Below are positions 55,285 to 64,000 of a DNA stretch of 64,000 nt, piece after piece; the first letter of the stretch is position 1; every line of letters begins with the position of its first letter. Source of the stretch: Gordius albopunctatus. Lineage: Eukaryota. Under the pieces are notes generated by a model. The model searched no databases, was not told the DNA's origin, and worked only from the letters and a program-made list of their open reading frames with translations. Location: positions 7,750,001 through 7,814,000 of the forward strand of contig OZ193910.1 of NCBI GenBank assembly GCA_964276515.1, in the 5' to 3' direction. The translations under genes and the position numbers were made by a program.

Positions 55285-58200
55285 ATGCGATCGTGATTTA
55301 GAGTTAATAATTTTTGATGACTGATCAAAAAAATGTTTTTCAAGCAATTCACCTGTTATACCGAAAACTTTCATGAGAGCTATATGGTTGAACAAAAAAA
55401 TTGAAAAAATTTTGAGGTCGAAAAAAATATTATTTTTCAAATTCTTTCGAAAGGATGATGAAAAAATCTTTAAAAGTTAGTAAATATTCTTAGCATTTTG
55501 TCCTTGTTAGAATATTGATAGAAATTTATGCGTGGGGGGATGTTTTAGATTGAGAGAAATTAAAATTTAGGTGTTGCGTTTATATTGTTTCAATATCGCT
55601 TTATAAGCGTGTCTCTAGTTTTAGTGAAACAAGCTCTATGCGATCGTGATTTAGAGATAATAATTTTTGACGACTGATCAAAAAAATGTTTTTAAAGGAA
55701 TTCACCTCTTATACCGAAAACTTTCATGAGAGCTATATGGTTGAACAAAAAAATAGAAAAAATTTTGAGGTCGAAAAAATTTTTATTTTTCATATTCTTT
55801 CGAAAGGGAGATGAAAAAATCTTTAAAAGTTAGTAAATATTCTTAGAATTTTGTCCTTGTTAGAATCTTGAAAGGAATTTATGCGTGGGGGGATGTTTTA
55901 GATTGAGAGAAATTAAAATTTAGGTGTTGCGTTTATATTGTTTCAATATCGCTTTATAAGCGTGTCTCTAGTTTTAGTGAAACAAGCTCTATTCGATCGT
56001 GATTCAGAGTTAATAATTTTATGATTGATCAAAAAAATGTTTTTCAAGGAATTCACCTCTTATACCGAAAACTTTCATGAGAACTATATGGTTGAACAAA
56101 AAAATTGAAAAAATTTTGAGGTCGAAAAAATATTATTTTTTTCATATTTTTTCGAAAGGGAGATGAAAAAATCTTTAAAAGTTAGTAAATATTCTTAGCA
56201 TTTTGTCCTTGTTAGAATCTTGATAGGAATTTATCCTTGGGGGGATGTTTGAGATTGAGAGAAATTAAAATTTTCGTGTTGCGTTTATATTGTTTCAATA
56301 TCGCTTTATAAGCGTGTCTCTAGTTTTAGTGAAACAAGCTCTATGCGATCGTGATTTAGAGTTAATAATTTTTGATGACTGATCAAAAAAATGTTTTTCA
56401 AGGAATTCATCTCTTATACGGAAAACTTTCATGAGAGCTATATGGTTGAACAAAAAAATTGAAAAAATTTTGAGGTCGAAAAAAATATTTTTTTTCATAT
56501 TCTTTCGAAAGGGAGATGAAAAAATCTTTAAAAGTTATTAAATATTCTTAGCATTTTGTCCTTGTTAGAATCTTGATAGGAATTTTTGCGTGGGTGGATG
56601 TTTTAGATTGAGAGAAATAGAAAATTTAGGTGTTGCGTTTATATTGTTTCAATATCGCTTTATAAGCGTGTCTCTAGTTTTAGTGAAACAAGCTCTATGC
56701 GATCGTGATTTAGAGATAATAATTTTTGACGACTGATCAAAAAAATGTTTTTAAAGGAATTCACCTCTTATACCGAAAACTTTCATGAGAGCTATATGGT
56801 TGAACAAAAAAATAGAAAAAATTTTGAGGTCGAAAAAATTTTTATTTTTCATATTCTTTCGAAAGGGAGATGAAAAAATCTTTAAAAGTTAGTAAATATT
56901 CTTAGCATATTGTCCTCGTTAGAATCTTGATAGGAATTTATGCGTGGGGGGATGTTTTAGATTGAGAGAAATTAAAATTTTCGTGCTGCGTTTAGTTTGT
57001 TTCAATATCGCTTTATAAGCGTGTCTCTAGTTTTAGTGAAACAAGCTCTATGCGATCGTGATTTAGAGTTAATAATTTTTCATGACTGATCAAAAAAATG
57101 TTTTTCAAGGAATTCACCTCTTATACCGAAAACTTTCATGAGAGCTATATGGTTGAACAAAAAAATTGAAAAAATTTTGAGGTCGAAAAAAATATTGTTT
57201 TTCAAATTCTTTCGAAAGGGAGATGAAAAAATCTTTAAAAGTTAGTAAATATTCTTAGAATTTTGTCCTTGTTAGAATCTTGATAGGAATTTTTGCGTTG
57301 GCGATGTTTGAGATTGAGAGAAAATAAAATTTTCGTGCTGCGTTTAGTTTGTTTCAATATCGCTTTATAAGCGTGTCTCTAGTTTTAGTGAAACAAGCTC
57401 TATGCGATCGTGATTTACAGTTAATAATTTTTGATGACTGATCAAAAAAATGTTTTTAAAGGAATTCACCTCTTATACCGAAAACTTTCATGAGAGCTAT
57501 ATGGTTGAACAAAAAAATAGAAAAAATTTTGAGGTCGAAAAAAATATTATTTTTCATATTCTTTTGAAAGGGAGATGAAAAAATCTTTAAAAGTTAGTAA
57601 ATATTCTTAGCATTTTGTCCTCGTTAGAATCTTGATAGGAATTTATGCGTGGGGGGATGTTTGAGATTGAGAGAAATTAAAATTTTCGTGTTGCGTTTAT
57701 ATTGTTTCAATATCGCTTTATAAGCGTGTCTCTAGTTTTAGTGAAACAAGCTCTATGCGATCGTGATTTAGAGATAATAATTTTTGACGACTGATCAAAA
57801 AAATGTTTTTAAAGGAATTCACCTCTTATACCGAAAACTTTCATGAGAGCTATATGGTTGAACAAAAAAATAGAAAAAATTTTGAGGTCGAAAAAATTAT
57901 TATTTTTCATATTCTTTCGAAAGGGAGATGAAAAAATCTTTAAAAGTTAGTAAATATTCTTAGCATTTTGTCCTTGTTAGAATCTTGAAAGGAATTTATG
58001 CGTGGGGGGATGTTTTAGATTGAGAGAAATTAAAATTTAGGTGTTGCGTTTATATTGTTTCAATATCGCTTTATAAGCGTGTCTCTAGTTTTAGTGAAAC
58101 AAGCTCTATGCGATCGTGATTTACAGTTAATAATTTTTGATGACTGATCAAAAAAATGTTTTTCAAGGAATTCACCTCTTATACCGAAAACTTTCATGAG

Positions 58201-61200
58201 AGCTATATGGTTGAACAAAAAAATTGAAAAAATTTTGAGGTCGAAAAAAATATTATTTTTCAAATTCTTTCGAAAGGGAGATGAAAAAATCTTTAAAAGT
58301 TAGTAAATATTCTTAGAATTTTGTCCTTGTTAGAATCTTGATAGGAATTTTTGCGTTGGCGATGTTTGAGATTGAGAGAAATTAAAATTTTCGTGCTGCG
58401 TTTAGTTTGTTTCAATATCGCTTTATAAGCGTGTCTCTAGTTTTAGTGAAACAAGCTCTATGCGATCGTGATTTACAGTTAATAATTTTTGATGACTGAT
58501 CAAAAAAATGTTTTTCAAGGAATTCACCTCTTATACCGAAAACTTTCATGAGAGCTATATGGTTGAACAAAAAAATAGAAAAAATTTTGAGGTCGAAAAA
58601 ATTATTATTTTTCATATTCTTTCGAAAGGGAGATGAAAAAATCTTTAAAAGTTAGTAAATATTCTTAGCATTTTGTCCTTGTTAGAATCTTGAAAGGAAT
58701 TTATGCGTGGGGGGATGTTTTAGATTGAGAGAAATTAAAATTTAGGTGTTGCGTTTATATTGTTTCAATATCGCTTTATAAGCGTGTCTCTAGTTTTAGT
58801 GAAACAAGCTCTATTCGATCGTGATTCAGAGTTAATAATTTTTGATGACTGATCAAAAAAATGTTTTTCAAGGAATTCACCTCTTATACCGAAAACTTTC
58901 ATGAGAGCTATATGGTTGAACAAAAAAATTGAAAAAATTTTGAGGTCGAAAAAATTATTATTTTTCATATTCTTTCGAAAGGGAGATGAAAAAATCTTTA
59001 AAAGTTAGTAAATATTCTTAGCATATTGTCCTCGTTAGAATCTTGATAGGAATTTATGCGTGGGGGGATGTTTTAGATTGAGAGAAATTAAAATTTTCGT
59101 GCTGCGTTTAGTTTGTTTCAATATCGCTTTATAAGCGTGTCTCTAGTTTTAGTGAAACAAGCTCTATGCGATCGTGATTTACAGTTAATAATTTTTGATG
59201 ACTGATCAAAAAAATGTTTTTCAAGGAATTCACCTCTTATACCGAAAACTTTCATGAGAGCTATATGGTTGAACAAAAAAATTGAAAAAATTTTGAGGTC
59301 GAAAAAAATATTGTTTTTCAAATTCTTTCGAAAGGGAGATGAAAAAATCTTTAAAAGTTAGTAAATATTCTTAGAATTTTGTCCTTGTTAGAATCTTGAT
59401 AGGAATTTTTGCGTTGGCGATGTTTGAGATTGAGAGAAATTAAAATTTTCGTGTTGCGTTTATATTGTTTCAATATCGCTTTATAAGCGTGTCTCTAGTT
59501 TTAGTGAAACAAGCTCTATGCGATCGTGATTTAGAGTTAATAATTTTTGATGACTGATCAAAAAAATGTTTTTCAAGCAATTCACCTGTTATACCGAAAA
59601 CTTTCATGAGAGCTATATGGTTGAACAAAAAAATTGAAAAAATTTTGAGGTCGAAAAAAATATTATTTTTCAAATTCTTTCGAAAGGATGATGAAAAAAT
59701 CTTTAAAAGTTAGTAAATATTCTTAGCATTTTGTCCTTGTTAGAATATTGATAGAAATTTATGCGTGGGGGGATGTTTTAGATTGAGAGAAATTAAAATT
59801 TAGGTGTTGCGTTTATATTGTTTCAATATCGCTTTATAAGCGTGTCTCTAGTTTTAGTGAAACAAGCTCTATGCGATCGTGATTTAGAGATAATAATTTT
59901 TGACGACTGATCAAAAAAATGTTTTTAAAGGAATTCACCTCTTATACCGAAAACTTTCATGAGAGCTATATGGTTGAACAAAAAAATAGAAAAAATTTTG
60001 AGGTCGAAAAAATTTTTATTTTTCATATTCTTTCGAAAGGGAGATGAAAAAATCTTTAAAAGTTAGTAAATATTCTTAGAATTTTGTCCTTGTTAGAATC
60101 TTGAAAGGAATTTATGCGTGGGGGGATGTTTTAGATTGAGAGAAATTAAAATTTAGGTGTTGCGTTTATATTGTTTCAATATCGCTTTATAAGCGTGTCT
60201 CTAGTTTTAGTGAAACAAGCTCTATTCGATCGTGATTCAGAGTTAATAATTTTATGACTGATCAAAAAAATGTTTTTCAAGGAATTCACCTCTTATACCG
60301 AAAACTTTCATGAGAACTATATGGTTGAACAAAAAAATTGAAAAAATTTTGAGGTCGAAAAAATATTATTTTTTTCATATTTTTTCGAAAGGGAGATGAA
60401 AAAATCTTTAAAAGTTAGTAAATATTCTTAGCATTTTGTCCTTGTTAGAATCTTGATAGGAATTTATCCTTGGGGGGATGTTTGAGATTGAGAGAAATTA
60501 AAATTTTCGTGTTGCGTTTATATTGTTTCAATATCGCTTTATAAGCGTGTCTCTAGTTTTAGTGAAACAAGCTCTATGCGATCGTGATTTAGAGTTAATA
60601 ATTTTTGATGACTGATCAAAAAAATGTTTTTCAAGGAATTCACCTCTTATACCGAAAACTTTCATGAGAGCTATATGGTTGAACAAAAAAATTGAAAAAA
60701 TTTTGAGGTCGAAAAAAATATTTTTTTTCATATTCTTTCGAAAGGGAGATGAAAAAATCTTTAAAAGTTATTAAATATTCTTAGCATTTTGTCCTTGTTA
60801 GAATCTTGATAGGAATTTTTGCGTGGGTGGATGTTTTAGATTGAGAGAAATAGAAAATTTAGGTGTTGCGTTTATATTGTTTCAATATCGCTTTATAAGC
60901 GTGTCTCTAGTTTTAGTGAAACAAGCTCTATGCGATCGTGATTTAGAGATAATAATTTTTGACGACTGATCAAAAAAATGTTTTTAAAGGAATTCACCTC
61001 TTATACCGAAAACTTTCATGAGAGCTATATGGTTGAACAAAAAAATAGAAAAAATTTTGAGGTCGAAAAAATTTTTATTTTTCATATTCTTTCGAAAGGG
61101 AGATGAAAAAATCTTTAAAAGTTAGTAAATATTCTTAGCATATTGTCCTCGTTAGAATCTTGATAGGAATTTATGCGTGGGGGGATGTTTTAGATTGAGA

Positions 61201-62810
61201 GAAATTAAAATTTTCGTGCTGCGTTTAGTTTGTTTCAATATCGCTTTATAAGCGTGTCTCTAGTTTTAGTGAAACAAGCTCTATGCGATCGTGATTTAGA
61301 GTTAATAATTTTTCATGACTGATCAAAAAAATGTTTTTCAAGGAATTCACCTCTTATACCGAAAACTTTCATGAGAGCTATATGGTTGAACAAAAAAATT
61401 GAAAAAATTTTGAGGTCGAAAAAAATATTGTTTTTCAAATTCTTTCGAAAGGGAGATGAAAAAATCTTTAAAAGTTAGTAAATATTCTTAGAATTTTGTC
61501 CTTGTTAGAATCTTGATAGGAATTTTTGCGTTGGCGATGTTTGAGATTGAGAGAAAATAAAATTTTCGTGCTGCGTTTAGTTTGTTTCAATATCGCTTTA
61601 TAAGCGTGTCTCTAGTTTTAGTGAAACAAGCTCTATGCGATCGTGATTTACAGTTAATAATTTTTGATGACTGATCAAAAAAATGTTTTTAAAGGAATTC
61701 ACCTCTTATACCGAAAACTTTCATGAGAGCTATATGGTTGAACAAAAAAATAGAAAAAATTTTGAGGTCGAAAAAAATATTATTTTTCATATTCTTTTGA
61801 AAGGGAGATGAAAAAATCTTTAAAAGTTAGTAAATATTCTTAGCATTTTGTCCTCGTTAGAATCTTGATAGGAATTTATGCGTGGGGGGATGTTTGAGAT
61901 TGAGAGAAATTAAAATTTTCGTGTTGCGTTTATATTGTTTCAATATCGCTTTATAAGCGTGTCTCTAGTTTTAGTGAAACAAGCTCTATGCGATCGTGAT
62001 TTAGAGATAATAATTTTTGACGACTGATCAAAAAAATGTTTTTAAAGGAATTCACCTCTTATACCGAAAACTTTCATGAGAGCTATATGGTTGAACAAAA
62101 AAATAGAAAAAATTTTGAGGTCGAAAAAATTATTATTTTTCATATTCTTTCGAAAGGGAGATGAAAAAATCTTTAAAAGTTAGTAAATATTCTTAGCATT
62201 TTGTCCTTGTTAGAATCTTGAAAGGAATTTATGCGTGGGGGGATGTTTTAGATTGAGAGAAATTAAAATTTAGGTGTTGCGTTTATATTGTTTCAATATC
62301 GCTTTATAAGCGTGTCTCTAGTTTTAGTGAAACAAGCTCTATGCGATCGTGATTTACAGTTAATAATTTTTGATGACTGATCAAAAAAATGTTTTTCAAG
62401 GAATTCACCTCTTATACCGAAAACTTTCATGAGAGCTATATGGTTGAACAAAAAAATTGAAAAAATTTTGAGGTCGAAAAAAATATTATTTTTCAAATTC
62501 TTTCGAAAGGGAGATGAAAAAATCTTTAAAAGTTAGTAAATATTCTTAGAATTTTGTCCTTGTTAGAATCTTGATAGGAATTTTTGCGTTGGCGATGTTT
62601 GAGATTGAGAGAAATTAAAATTTTCGTGCTGCGTTTAGTTTGTTTCAATATCGCTTTATAAGCGTGTCTCTAGTTTTAGTGAAACAAGCTCTATGCGATC
62701 GTGATTTACAGTTAATAATTTTTGATGACTGATCAAAAAAATGTTTTTCAAGGAATTCACCTCTTATACCGAAAACTTTCATGAGAGCTATATGGTTGAA
62801 CAAAAAAATT
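55285..62810. repeat. Diverged 12-monomer duplication, period 4,233 bp (~55285-58575 matches ~59518-62810)
   Basis: ORF coordinates 55237/59470, 56295/60528, 58060/62293 and 58412/62645. Private markers TTTCATGACTG (57081/61314) and GAGAAAATAAAA (~57325/61558). Confidence 0.88.
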
Positions 62811-64000
62811 GAAAAAATTTTGAGGTCGAAAAAATTATTATTTTTCATATTCTTTCGAAAGGGAGATGAAAAAATCTTTAAAAGTTAGTAAATATTCTTA
62901 GCATTTTGTCCTTGTTAGAATCTTGAAAGGAATTTATGCGTGGGGGGATGTTTTAGATTGAGAGAAATTAAAATTTAGGTGTTGCGTTTATATTGTTTCA
63001 ATATCGCTTTATAAGCGTGTCTCTAGTTTTAGTGAAACAAGCTCTATGCGATCGTGATTTAGAGTTAATAATTTTTGATGACTGATCAAAAAAATGTTTT
63101 TCAAGGAATTCACCTCTTATACCGAAAACTTTCATGAGAGCTATATGGTTGAACAAAAAAATTGAAAAAATTTTGAGGTCGAAAAAATTATTATTTTTCA
63201 TATTCTTTCGAAAGGGAGATGAAAAAATCTTTAAAAGTTAGTAAATATTCTTAGCATATTGTCCTCGTTAGAATCTTGATAGGAATTTATGCGTGGGGGG
63301 ATGTTTGAGATTGAGAGAAATTAAAATTTTCGTGCTGCGTTTATATTGTTTCAATATCGCTTTATAAGCGTGTCTCTAGTTTTAGTGAAACAAGCTCGAT
63401 GCGATCGTGATTTAGAGTTAATAATTTTTGATGACTGATCAAAAAAATGTTTTTCAAGCAATTCACCTGTTATACCGAAAACTTTCATGAGAGCTATATG
63501 GTTGAACAAAAAAATTGAAAAAATTTTGAGGTCGAAAAAAATATTATTTTTCAAATTCTTTCGAAAGGATGATGAAAAAATCTTTAAAAGTTAGTAAATA
63601 TTCTTAGCATTTTGTCCTTGTTAGAATATTGATAGAAATTTATGCGTGGGGGGATGTTTTAGATTGAGAGAAATTAAAATTTAGGTGTTGCGTTTATATT
63701 GTTTCAATATCGCTTTATAAGCGTGTCTCTAGTTTTAGTGAAACAAGCTCTATGCGATCGTGATTTAGAGATAATAATTTTTGACGACTGATCAAAAAAA
63801 TGTTTTTAAAGGAATTCACCTCTTATACCGAAAACTTTCATGAGAGCTATATGGTTGAACAAAAAAATAGAAAAAATTTTGAGGTCGAAAAAATTTTTAT
63901 TTTTCATATTCTTTCGAAAGGGAGATGAAAAAATCTTTAAAAGTTAGTAAATATTCTTAGAATTTTGTCCTTGTTAGAATCTTGAAAGGAATTTATGCGT

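Larger units (their letters stand above)
1..64000. repeat. Tandem satellite DNA array, ~353-bp AT-rich monomer, ~181 head-to-tail copies; runs off both window ends
   Basis: The anchor TTCAATATCGCTTTATAAGCGTGTCTCTAG recurs every 352-354 bp (ORF-track coordinates 172, 524, 876 ... 62998, 63351). No non-satellite sequence or orientation switch was seen. Confidence 0.99.

Noticed and set aside
172..63554. 102 copies of a 64-67 aa minus-strand ORF (MKNNIFFDLKIFSIFLFNH...) as a tandem gene family
   Set aside because: The frame is broken in about 80 of ~181 monomers by a recurrent stop (TTTTAAAGG on +) or frameshifts. Many intact copies start at TTG rather than ATG. The sequence is F/K/I/N-rich as expected from A/T tracts, and I recognise no domain. 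Ribo-seq or proteomics would be needed to revive it.
1..64000. CRISPR-like or other repeat-spacer array
   Set aside because: There are no unique spacers. The entire 353-bp unit repeats, and no cas or other genes are present.
1..64000. Drosophila 1.688 family satellite (353/356/359 bp)
   Set aside because: Length and AT content match, but apart from a short AATTTTTGATGAC-like word the sequence does not match the 359-bp consensus as I recall it. BLASTN would settle this.
1..64000. Tandem 5S rRNA, tRNA, snRNA or spliced-leader gene array
   Set aside because: I see no recognisable 5S, tRNA cloverleaf, box A/B or snRNA sequence on either strand, and GC is only about 29%.

Overview
The whole 64-kb window is one uninterrupted head-to-tail tandem array of an AT-rich (about 29% GC by hand count) ~353-bp satellite monomer, about 181 copies, all in the same orientation. 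I see no genes, RNA genes, transposon insertions, inversions or unique DNA. The 102 near-identical 64-67 aa ORFs in the track are one chance reading frame inside the monomer and are broken in about 80 copies. Monomers differ at a limited set of recurrent variant sites, and these reveal nested higher-order repeats (HORs) whose period changes along the array: 29-mer (10,229 bp), 10-mer (3,528 bp), 6-mer (2,118 bp), 11-mer (3,882 bp), 12-mer (4,234 bp, containing a 4-mer duplication) and a diverged 12-mer (4,233 bp). This is typical of eukaryotic centromeric or pericentromeric satellite DNA under active homogenisation. I cannot name the satellite family or the organism, and I find no evidence for a novel protein-coding system. 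HOR boundaries were read by eye and are approximate.
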